A stretch of DNA of 32,558 nt, taken from NCBI RefSeq assembly GCF_001194135.2, contig NC_068982.1:142588334-142620891 (forward strand). Reading direction: 5' to 3'. Numbering within the stretch: the first letter of the stretch is position 1; each line of letters starts with the position of its first letter. Source of the stretch: Octopus bimaculoides (lineage: Eukaryota). Shown here one piece after another: positions 22,588 through 32,558 of this stretch. The translations under genes and the position numbers were made by a program. The notes under the pieces were generated by a model. The model had not been told where the DNA came from and searched no databases. It worked only from the letters and a program-made list of their open reading frames with translations.

Positions 22588-23287
22588 NNNNNNNNNNNNN
22601 NNNNNNNNNNNNNNNNNNNNNNNNNNNNNNNNNNNNNNNNNNNNNNNNNNNNNNNNNNNNNNNNNNNNNNNNNNNNNNNNNNNNNNNNNNNNNNNNNNNN
22701 NNNNNNNNNNNNNNNNNNNNNNNNNNNNNNNNNNNNNNNNNNNNNNNNNNNNNNNNNNNNNNNNNNNNNNNNNNNNNNNNNNNNNNNNNNNNNNNNNNNN
22801 NNNNNNNNNNNNNNNNNNNNNNNNNNNNNNNNNNNNNNNNNNNNNNNNNNNNNNNNNNNNNNNNNNNNNNNNNNNNNNNNNNNNNNNNNNNNNNNNNNNN
22901 NNNNNNNNNNNNNNNNNNNNNNNNNNNNNNNNNNNNNNNNNNNNNNNNNNNNNNNNNNNNNNNNNNNNNNNNNNNNNNNNNNNNNNNNNNNNNNNNNNNN
23001 NNNNNNNNNNNNNNNNNNNNNNNNNNNNNNNNNNNNNNNNNNNNNNNNNNNNNNNNNNNNNNNNNNNNNNNNNNNNNNNNNNNNNNNNNNNNNNNNNNNN
23101 NNNNNNNNNNNNNNNNNNNNNNNNNNNNNNNNNNNNNNNNNNNNNNNNNNNNNNNNNNNNNNNNNNNNNNNNNNNNNNNNNNNNNNNNNNNNNNNNNNNN
23201 NNNNNNNNNNNNNNNNNNNNNNNNNNNNNNNNNNNNNNNNNNNNNNNNNNNNNNNNNNNNNNNNNNNNNNNNNNNNNNNNNNNNNNN

Positions 23288-23352
<65 letters not shown>

Positions 23353-23802
23353 ACACACATATATTCCTTTTTATACATAGGGTACTGAATCTTTTACTGC
23401 TTCCTTTTCACTATTCGTATTTAAGTCGGAAGACCGGATTACGTCCTATTGTACTTAATATTGTGAATGGCTTTTCTATCCTATCATTTACTAAGAAGTA
23501 GGAGTTAGTGATACGATAGACCTTGGAGAAATGGTCTTCTCATGACCAGTTGCAGACCTTCCAAGATTAGTGAGATGAAGCGAAACAGTGAGGTACACTG
23601 AAACGTAACGTCTGGCCTGAATGGTTGTAGTATATTTCATTGCGTTAAAAACTACCAAAGGATTACGTAAGTCTTGTATTACAGGAATATTTATTATACA
23701 CTGTAGATGTCTCATGCCATAGACAGCGTGACGATACATTACCTTGTTTAATACATTGAGCCTCGCTCTATCTACTGAACGGTGTTCATAATATGTACTA
23801 TA

Positions 23803-23835
<33 letters not shown>

Positions 23836-24294
23836 GTGTTGCATGTTTTTAATTGCTGCATTTAAGCCTACCAGCATGAGTTACTTTAATTGTTTAGTTA
23901 TATCTATTGAATGAAATCTAGTTGAGAAATACCTATTGATTATGATATTCATTCAGATGAATTTCGTTGATTAATGCAGGTATTCCATGAGGTCTTCTTT
24001 CAGAAATTTAGTATTTCATATTAACATTTCTCTTGAGGTAACACTGCATACTTAATGAATCAGAAACCATGGCGGTGTCTGAACGGCCGCCATTTATGTG
24101 TTTCTTAATTAGTATTTCATAAGTGGTATAACGTTCAGTTTTGCGGGTTATTTTTAATGGCCTTTCACAGCTCTCATCAGCATTAATTGCTGCGGTAGCA
24201 GATATATCAAGAAATAAGCATTAATGGTATTTTGTACTTAGGTTTCTATTTTTATATTAGTTCAAATCACATCAATTTTGATTAAGAAACGTGA

Positions 24295-24510
24295 GGTTTG
24301 CTTCCTAACCACGTTTCCGTGTTTACTCTCACTGCATGGCACTTTGGTGCAGCGTAGATGTGTGGTAAGAAACTTGCTTCCCAACAACGTGGTTGTAAAG
24401 CCTGGCACCTAGAGCAAGTGTCTTTTCTACTATAGCCTCGAGCCAACCAAAATGTTCTGAGTCGATTTGGTAGATGGAAACTGAATGAAGTCTGTTGTAT
24501 ATATATGTGC

Positions 24511-24559
<49 letters not shown>

Positions 24560-24789
24560 TGTATGTGTGCGTGTTTGTGAGTGTTTGTGTGTGTGTGCGC
24601 GTGTGTGTGTGTGTGTGTGTGTGTGTCAGTGTTTGCGTCCTCTTAACTTTCCGGTTCGGCAAAAGAGACGGCTAGAATAAGTATTAGGCTTACAAAGAAT
24701 AAGTCTAGGGATCGATTACTTCGACTAAAAGAGGTGCTCCATCACGGCTGCATCCAAGTGACTGAAACAAGAAAAAGAATAAAAGAATA
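24295..24789 (+). mobile_element. SINE family 2: tRNA-like head (partially duplicated), CORE-like segment, internal (TA)/(TG) microsatellite and CR1-like tail
   Basis: A-box-like TGTGTGGTAAG, then GCACCTAGAGCAAGTGTCTTTTCTACTATAGCCTCG, an internal microsatellite at ~24496-24626, and GGTGCTCCATCACGGCTGCATCCAAGTGACTGAAAC followed by (AAAAGAAT)n. Continuity across the microsatellite is supported by the second copy and by my recollection of an octopus SINE consensus. Confidence 0.8.
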
Positions 24790-24796
24790 TTGTCTT

Positions 24797-25139
24797 GGAT
24801 CGAACAAAACCTTCTGGAAGACACTGTCGTATATATCTCTTTATATATATATATATATATATACCTTTATATATGTATGTGTGTGTATGTTTGTATGTGT
24901 GTGTATATATATGTGAGTACGTGTTTCTCTTTGCGTTAGTGTCTGTTCCTCATCATCACCGCTTGACCACTGGTGTTGTAGGGTGTTGGCATTTCGTAAC
25001 ATAGCACTTTGTTAAATGAGACCGATGGAATAAGTACCAGGCTTTAAAAGAATAGGTGCTGGGGTCGATTCCTTCGACTGAAAATTCTTCAAGATGGTGA
25101 CCCAGGCGAATAACTGAAATAAGGAAAAGATAAAGGATA
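24797..25139 (+). mobile_element. SINE family 2, second tandem copy lacking the head
   Basis: GTCGTATATA plus microsatellite, then GACCGATGGAATAAGTACCAGGCTTT...CTGGGGTCGATTCCTTCGACT...ACTGAAATAAGGAAAAGATAAAGGATA, paralleling 24490-24789. Confidence 0.75.
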
Positions 25140-25294
25140 TCTGAAGGAGCTGTCCCCACAATTTTTTTCAACTATTCCAAATATAGTTCTTTACAACAAT
25201 ATGGTTAATATTATTACGTAAATTGAGACATTTGGTCCTATTATAAGAGGTCAATATAATTACTATCTTATTAATCATCAAATCACTTATTATT

Positions 25295-25378
25295 GTTGCA
25301 CTGTGGTCAATATAAAGCAGTAGCGCTTCCCCTAAAATTCCAAGGCTTGTACTTATACCAGAAAAAATTATTATTATC
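25295..25378 (+). mobile_element. SINE family 1, 3' fragment with (ATT)n tail
   Basis: CTGTGGTCAATATAA...CCCCTAAAATTCCAAGGCTTGTACTTATACCAGAAAAAATTATTATTAT aligns with 7240-7310. Confidence 0.65.
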
Positions 25379-25389
25379 ATTTTGGTTGG

Positions 25390-25830
25390 GTTGTGGTAAC
25401 CTCAGGCATTCGCTAACAGTTTGCCATGCAGTTTCTCCACTTGCACTGCACGTTCTGTATTCATCGCTCTCATTTGTATTTTCAATTCTGCATTTCACAT
25501 GGTTAGTCCTTGACGCTTGTTCTTGTGCTGCGCATATAGGCGCTCCTGTCTCTATCTTCAGATCACTCCTCCTCATTCATAGCCACCGGTCTTCGTACAT
25601 CTTGCAAACTCACCATACATGTTTTCTTTCCGTGCTCGTTCTTTTTTTCTTAGTTCTTTCCTTTTTAAGACTTCTTTCTTTACAGAATTATCAGTTTTGA
25701 TGATGCCGGTTTCCTTCACATGCTTTAACAATGGTTTCCACATGTTTCCACGGCATTTTTTACATACCACATTAAGCCGTTCTCCTCTGCTTCTACACAA
25801 TCCTGACAACTGATCGTACCTCTCCCAGCT
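25390..25830 (-). mobile_element. R4/Dong-like LINE internal fragment (copy 4)
   Basis: MRRSDLKIETGAPICAAQEQASRTNHVKCRIENTNESDEYRTCSASGETAWQTVSECLRLPQ and PLLKHVKETGIIKT...MYGEFAR. Aligns with copies 1 and 2. Confidence 0.85.
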
Positions 25831-26592
25831 TTTCTTCTTCATAAGTACAAAGTATCAGTGTCAGTCTTGGGATGGAATGTTCCATGCGCTCTCAATATTT
25901 TGCATGCCACATAATGATAGAATTTATACAAAAAATACAGCATTTTACTTTGCTTTCTTTCGTTATTGTCACTGACGATCTTATCTGACACCTCTGATTC
26001 AACATTATGAGAACTCCATAACGTTTTTTTTTTATTTATATTTATCCTTATTGGTGTCGTTTCTATTGCTGTCATTATTGTAAATAATGTTGTTGCTATT
26101 CCTATTATTATTATTGCTGACGTTGAAGCTATTAACGATTTAATAAGTTTAACATAAATACAGTTATTAGTAACACAAGTATTATTACTAGTATTGCAAC
26201 TATTACTAGTACTGCTGCCTCTTTTAATATGGACTTTAATATACAATGAAGACAATGTTTCTTTATGGCATTTAATAATAGAAAAATTAGCTATACATAG
26301 GCAAACAATGCCAAACGGTATGATCAAATTGTGTAAAAGAAATATTTTGTATTCGAATCAAAACGAGTAAAAGAATTACAAAAGCAAAATATCTGAGACT
26401 GCAGTAATTCAACACACAGATAAGATCTATTAATTATGGAGTACATCGCTAGCCAAAACTCAATGGAAGAATGTTATATGGCGTCTGAGGCGTTAATGAA
26501 GCTAAGGTAGTTATTTACTCATATATANNNNNNNNNNNNNNNNNNNNNNNNNNNNNNNNNNNNNNNNNNNNNNNNNNNNNNNNNNNNNNNNN

Positions 26593-26625
<33 letters not shown>

Positions 26626-27080
26626 CGTTAAGCCTCCTGCAATTTAGCAAAAATCCATAGAACCATTATTTATATTATTGTAAATGCACAATGGAGCTAC
26701 GTTAAAACCAAGGAAATCAGATGAAGATAGTATGATAAAAAATGTTTCATTGTATTCAAAATAAACGCAATCAGTGTAGAAAATTCTTTAAATTCCTATC
26801 AAACTATAATTATATTCACATGGAATGGAAAGTCATTTACAGTTCTGGGCAAATATGAAGTAAAACGTTATATATACTTATATATAAAAACAAACATAAT
26901 AATTTTTATTCTATATTTTGTAGAGAATTTCTTTTTACACATTTGTTCAAATATGCATATAAACATATCCACATACGCATACATATACACATACTTATTT
27001 ATGTATCCAGGAATATATGTTTGTGCATGCGTGTGTGTACGTGTGTTTCACCAATTTATATATATATGTATCCATATTCA

Positions 27081-27127
<47 letters not shown>

Positions 27128-28559
27128 CTGTGTGTATATATGTGTATGTGTGTATGCATATATATATATATATATATATATNNNNNNNNNNNNNNNNNNN
27201 NNNNNNNNNNNNNNNNNNNNNNNNNNNNNNNNNNNNNNNNNNNNNNNNNNNNNNNNNNNNNNNNNNNNNNNNNNNNNNNNNNNNNNNNNNNNNNNNNNNN
27301 NNNNNNNNNNNNNNNNNNNNNNNNNNNNNNNNNNNNNNNNNNNNNNNNNNNNNNNNNNNNNNNNNNNNNNNNNNNNNNNNNNNNNNNNNNNNNNNNNNNN
27401 NNNNNNNNNNNNNNNNNNNNNNNNNNNNNNNNNNNNNNNNNNNNNNNNNNNNNNNNNNNNNNNNNNNNNNNNNNNNNNNNNNNNNNNNNNNNNNNNNNNN
27501 NNNNNNNNNNNNNNNNNNNNNNNNNNNNNNNNNNNNNNNNNNNNNNNNNNNNNNNNNNNNNNNNNNNNNNNNNNNNNNNNNNNNNNNNNNNNNNNNNNNN
27601 NNNNNNNNNNNNNNNNNNNNNNNNNNNNNNNNNNNNNNNNNNNNNNNNNNNNNNNNNNNNNNNNNNNNNNNNNNNNNNNNNNNNNNNNNNNNNNNNNNNN
27701 NNNNNNNNNNNNNNNNNNNNNNNNNNNNNNNNNNNNNNNNNNNNNNNNNNNNNNNNNNNNNNNNNNNNNNNNNNNNNNNNNNNNNNNNNNNNNNNNNNNN
27801 NNNNNNNNNNNNNNNNNNNNNNNNNNNNNNNNNNNNNNNNNNNNNNNNNNNNNNNNNNNNNNNNNNNNNNNNNNNNNNNNNNNNNNNNNNNNNNNNNNNN
27901 NNNNNNNNNNNNNNNNNNNNNNNNNNTATATATATATATATATATATATTTCTATGTCCTTGGAAAAGTTAATGAGCATGTACTCTCCTAAATGTATTGA
28001 GTAATCTTTCCGTTTAATGTTAAACTCCTTCTGTCAGTATTTCTAACCATGTGTTTGAACAATCAAACTACCTTGTAATTAGAGTTTCAACTTGTAATTG
28101 TGAAGTCTTGGGTCATCTAAGTACAACCAATGTGATCAAAGGCCCTCCAACCAGGACAATTCCCATTGGTCCACTTTTTCACATGAAGTAACAATATGTC
28201 TCCGCTATGAAGTGTGCCTTCACTTTTGAAGACAGTAGTGTGTGATTAAACGAGATTTACTTGCTCTTACTACAACATCAACGCATTTCATAGATAATAC
28301 CTCGCTGTCTCACATAATACTAGCAGGCAGGTGGAATGAGATAACGTTTTTGCCTTTAATGAAGAAAAATTCAACCCTATTACTCTCCCTCCTCTACTAC
28401 TAGTAGTAGTAGTAGTCGTAGTAATAACTGACAATTGTTGTTTAAAATGTTGGTCCAAGATCAGACATTTTTAGAGGTGCTACTTAGTTGATTACATTGC
28501 TTAAGAACTCCACTGGTACCTTCTTTATCGATTCTGAAAGAATGAATGTGTGTGTTAGT

Positions 28560-28602
<43 letters not shown>

Positions 28603-28883
28603 TGTGTGTGTGTGNNNNNNNNNNTGTGTGTGTGTATGTGTGTGTGTGTGTGTGTGTATGTGTGTGTGTGTGTGTGCACGTGCTTGATTGTGTTTGTATA
28701 TGTGTGTGCGCGCAAGTGTTTGTGTGTATAGAAAGAGAGAGGGAGAGAGAGAAACATACCTGTACATCCACATATCGTTGAATTGTGTGAAATATGTACG
28801 AAACTAAGTGAGAATTTACAGATGTTACTGCCATGAATCGATAAGCGAGATTATAACAGTAGTGTTGTATGTCGTCAGTTATA

Positions 28884-28917
<34 letters not shown>

Positions 28918-29220
28918 GTAATAATTGTTAGCATTATAATTATAACAATAATAAGATAAGATGATGATGATCAGTAATATTGAGAAACACCGGGATTAGT
29001 ATAGAAGGACACATGAAGGAGAGATCAACACCTGGAGAGTGGTACAAATGTAAAAGATTAGAGCACCTACAAAAATCATCTTCAGACCGCAAAAGATTTC
29101 TGGAATTTTTTTGTTAAACTTGATCAATAAACAAGAGTTACTCTAGTCTACTCGCTGTGGATGGCTGACATGTTCTATCATACCCAGCATAAAACGATGA
29201 GATTTTTCATTAAATAATGA

Positions 29221-29440
29221 TAATAATAATGATTTCAAATTAGGCACAAAACCAACAATTTTGGGGAGGGAATAAATCGATTACATCGATTCTAGTACTC
29301 AGCTGGTATTTATTTTATCGACCCCGAAAGGATGACAGGCAAAGTGGACCTCAGCGGAATTTGAACTAAAAACGTAAAAGACAGACGAAATACAACTAAT
29401 CATTTTTTCCAGCGTGCTAACGGGTCTGTGAGCTCACCTT
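29221..29440 (-). mobile_element. SINE family 1, full length, inserted in a TAA tract
   Basis: Reverse complement reads AAGGTGAGCTC...AGTTCAAATTCCGCTGAGGTCCACTTTGCCTGTCATCCTTTCGGGGTCGATAAAATAAATACCAG...TTTGAAATCATTATTATTA. TAA repeats lie on both sides. Confidence 0.88.
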
Positions 29441-29443
29441 ATG

Positions 29444-29478
<35 letters not shown>

Positions 29479-29479
<1 letters not shown>

Positions 29480-29805
29480 TAGCAAGGATTATCCAGTGAA
29501 CACTTTGCAGAAAGTACGAACTTGACAGAGCAAAAAAGTGGTACGAACTTAAACCGGAAGGCATCATCGAAAATGATAATGCAAAGATCCTATGGAATTT
29601 AATGATTCAGTGCGACCATGAGATAGAGAATAGGAAACCAGACATAGTGTTACTTGAGAAAGAAAGCAAACGATGCTGGATCATAGATATAGCATGCCCA
29701 GCTGACAACAATGTGTGCGATCAGGAAGAAAGAAAAGTCGATAAATATGACAGGTTAGCTTGGGAGGTTAAGTAGTTGTGGACGATGAAAAAGGTCGTAG
29801 TAGTA
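29479..29805 (+). mobile_element. R4/Dong-like LINE, RLE-domain fragment (copy 5)
   Basis: One frame reads IARIIQ*TLCRKYELDRAKKWYELKPEGIIENDNAKILWNLMIQCDHEIENRKPDIVLLEKESKRCWIIDIACPADNNV...KYDRLAWEVK*LWTMKKVVVV, a clear PD-D restriction-like endonuclease. It starts directly after (TAA)n at 29441-29478. Confidence 0.92.
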
Positions 29806-30806
29806 TGACATACATCGAAGATTGCCGTGGACTATGTCACTCGACGTATTAGATATAGGAGCCAACTCAATTTGAGATCATGACCCGTCGTCATAAGTAA
29901 CCGAATGAAATCTTACACATAATAGGACAGCATAGTTATATCTGGAAATTCTTTGATATTACTTACTTCAATGGAATTAGGAAAACTTGGAGTGAAGCAA
30001 CAACAAATTTTACAAGTACATCTAACTGTATGCTTCTGATTTGTTTATCAACAGTTTCAATTATATTACAAAATTTCAAAAGCAAATGTTAACACTTAAA
30101 TCCTGTTACTAAATCCACTATAACTTATATCCTATATCTCAGTTATCTTCAATGATACATTAGTCTTAAATGTGATATTGTAGATATTGTATCAGTTATT
30201 CGAAATATTTCTATGAAGACTTTACTGACTAATTGTATAAATACATTTGTCGATCAATTTCTTGTTCTTATGTTCTTTAACAATAACTTACATTGTGTAT
30301 TCGTGTATTGTGTACACACACGGGTTTAGACATATATCCATAATTATAGACGCACATAGACACACAAAGACACCGACACACACCCATAGATATACACCAT
30401 TGTGCTTACAACACACTCAAAGAGATAGTGTCTTACATACATATTGAATATGTGCAACGAGATATTCATCTTAGTATAGTAAACTTCAGCTAAAAACTCA
30501 GAGAGATAAGAAAAATTCTTATTGCCTAGTATTATAGACATTGATATATAAAAAAAATGCCTAACAGTATATTACACATATGAAAACAACAATATTAGGT
30601 TGCGACTATATTAAAATAACTCTGCTTATTCTGTATATCTAATATTCTTGGATAAATACTATGTGTTTCCAAAAAAATGGCGCCTTTAAGCAGATTTGAT
30701 TCAGAGGCGGAGGTAAATGGAGCGAATATTCCCTGTATTAACATGTTGTTGTTGTTGCTGCTGCTGCTGATGTTGTTGTTGTTGTTGTTAGTATCATTTA
30801 TTCCAC

Positions 30807-31015
30807 AAGGCGACAGAATCCTTAATATGCTGGACAAAATGCTTAGCAGCATTTCGAACGCCTTCTTCTTCTGAGATCAAATTCCGCCGAAGTTGACTTC
30901 GCTTTTCATTTTTTCGTGGCAAATAAAATAAGTATCGGTTGAGCCCTGTGGTCGATGTAATCGACTTACACTCTACTTCAAAACTGTTGATCAAAGAGTG
31001 GCTAAATCTAAAACG
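30807..31015 (+). mobile_element. SINE family 1, degenerate copy
   Basis: AAGGCGACAGAATC...GGACAAAATGCTTAGCAGCATTTCG...GAGATCAAATTCCGCCGAAGTTGACTTCGCTTTTCAT...GGTCGATGTAATCGACT. Confidence 0.8.
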
Positions 31016-31525
31016 AGTAGTAGTAGTAGTAGTTGTTGCTGTTGTTGTTGTTGATAGTGGTGGTGGTGATGGCGTTCCTCTATATACAAGTGCGCATGCG
31101 TTTTGAATATATATATAAACCAACATACAGTGTAGCCGTAATCGAGTAAGATGAATTTTCGGTCATGCGGATAAATAACGGTAGAATAATTTTCAAAATC
31201 TTCGCGTTCGTGTTCAAATGTTTGATCGCCTAAGCAAGGGTAAAATACGGGATTGAAAAGATTCACTCGCTTTTCATAATGATCTGCTGGTTAATGTGAG
31301 GAAACCATCAGAAAAGAAACATCTTCAAAATATGGTTTTAGGTAATGAAGAGCCTTGCGGATTATCATAGTTGAAAGAACTTCGGCATAAACGTAACCAG
31401 TTAGGGTTACGCTAGGATATTGAACAGCAATTGATTCCAAGTTATATATTATACGTCCAGATATAACAACTGTGCAGCGAGTGACAGAATTTAGAATATG
31501 GACTTCGACTAGCAGGTCATGCTAC

Positions 31526-31568
31526 TCCAGACTGATGACGAGCAAAGACTCACAAATATGTCTCTGGA
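31526..31568 (+). ncRNA. Degenerate type I hammerhead-ribozyme-like motif
   Basis: TCCAGA-CTGATGA-CGAG(CAAAGA)CTCA-CAAA-TATGTC-TCTGGA. Stem I is a perfect 6 bp, the CUGAUGA core is intact, stem II has 3 bp, the GUC cleavage triplet is in place, and GAAA is mutated to CAAA. Confidence 0.5.
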
Positions 31569-31892
31569 TGCAGGATTAGCTGGGTGGAGGTGCTTGTATC
31601 TCCCTTCTAAACAGGAAATGTGTCAAGGCCGACAGGACGCGGTGTAGCTTCCTCGGTCTAACCAACAATAGTATTATTCCCTTCAGGGGACTGTCACATT
31701 AAGTTGACAGCACACAACTACTTCATCGTATAACTACTGCATAAATCTCTCTGAGAGATTTAGAAATGTATTATTTCTAAAAATGGAAGTGTGTGTATGT
31801 GTGTGTGTGTGTGTGTGTGTTGTATGTGTGTGTGTGTATGGGTGTGTGTGTTGTATATGTGTGTGTGTGTGTAATTGTGTGTGTGTGTGTTA

Positions 31893-32331
31893 TATATGCA
31901 ATAATCTACATATGGATAATTCTAGAAGGGCTACTACCTAACTTCGGCATTGAGTGTTATACAAATGCCAGAACTGGTCGCCATTGTAGTGTACCAAAGC
32001 TACCATCAATTCTATCTATATTCAGGACCTGTTACTGCAATGGTCTTCAATACCATGCCACAAAAATTAACAAATCCACAAAAAGGTAGATGTAGATGAG
32101 TTCAAAAAGGAACTAGACATTCTCCTCTCCACAATACCGGATGGACCAACAGAGTGACATGAGGTGCAGACGAGGGCAACAAATCAAATTCCCTTACATA
32201 CCAAATAGACCAACAGCTAGAAGTAAGGCACGTACAGGAGTGGTGATGTGAAACATCCCAATCTGAGGCTGTCAAAAAAACCACGGTGATGCTGCAGCAT
32301 GACCGCAACTGAAAGGAGTAAAAGAATAAAA
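31893..32331 (+). mobile_element. CR1-group LINE, 3'-terminal fragment, same family as 1-1330
   Basis: YAIIYIWIILEGLLPNFGIECYTNARTGRHCSVPKLPS aligns with 880-1000 and 20640-20740. The tail CACGGTGATGCTGCAGCATGACCGCAACTGAAAGGAGTAAAAGAATAAAA lies at 32282-32331. Confidence 0.88.
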
Positions 32332-32440
32332 TTATATGTATATATATGTACGTATGTATGTATGTATGTATATATATATTCGTTTCTATGCCTATATATA
32401 TAAATACAGATGGACAGACGGATAGACAGACAGAGACCGA

Positions 32441-32491
32441 ATGTGTGTGTGCGTGTGTGTGTGTGCGTGTGCGTGTGTGTGTGTGTGCGTC

Positions 32492-32558
<67 letters not shown>
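32441..32558. repeat. (TG)n microsatellite to the window end
   Basis: Read directly from the sequence. Similar (TG/CA)n tracts occur at 14400-14480, 23288-23360, 28545-28680 and 31790-31890. Confidence 0.95.

Noticed and set aside
23590-23615. CAGTG-AGGTA-CACTG-AAACGTAACGTC hairpin with GAAAC...GTC
   Set aside because: No CUGANGA core upstream of the stem.
24154-24186. Minus-strand TTAATG-CTGATGA-GAGCTGT-GAAA-GGC-CATTAA, superficially hammerhead-like
   Set aside because: Stem II cannot form and there is no stem III or UH cleavage triplet, so it is probably chance.
26436-26510. Short ATG-initiated peptide MEYIASQNSMEECYMASEALMKL ending at AG|GTAGTT
   Set aside because: Weak donor, no homology, and adjacent to a gap; it cannot be supported as an exon.
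28000-28350. Minus-strand GWRAF word suggestive of an RTE relic
   Set aside because: A single short motif with no flanking alignment.
1167-28834. Numerous supplied ORFs rich in YI, HT, CV, X, poly-Y, poly-N or poly-L
   Set aside because: They are translations of microsatellites and N-gaps, not genes.
31089-31102. TGCGCATGCG, an NRF1-like motif
   Set aside because: Isolated, in a simple-repeat-rich context, with no other promoter evidence.

Overview
This is AT-rich, repeat-dense eukaryotic (animal) DNA with nine N-gaps (1352-1687, 13076-13188, 14050-14187, 16908-17053, 17691-17781, 22588-23287, 26528-26592, 27182-27926, 28615-28624), most of them flanked by (TA)n or (CA)n runs. The SINE families match what I recall from octopus genomes; that assignment is from memory and is unverified. 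No intact host protein-coding gene can be supported, and almost all supplied ORFs are microsatellite, N-gap or antisense-TE artefacts. The recognisable content is decayed mobile DNA: four CR1-group (APE-type) LINE fragments, six R4/Dong-like (RLE-type) LINE fragments mostly abutting (TAA)n tracts, two tRNA-type SINE families (about 10 copies or fragments, two with clear target-site duplications), one Tc1/mariner-type MITE with an internal tandem array, a probable Penelope-like terminal remnant and two degenerate hammerhead-ribozyme-like motifs. The most interesting signals are relationships between elements. The (ATT)n tails of one SINE family appear to serve as landing sites for TAA-targeting LINEs, the second SINE family shares its 3' tail with the CR1-group LINEs, and a complex templated junction lies at 10.7-11.05 kb. 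I find no evidence of a wholly new protein-based system.
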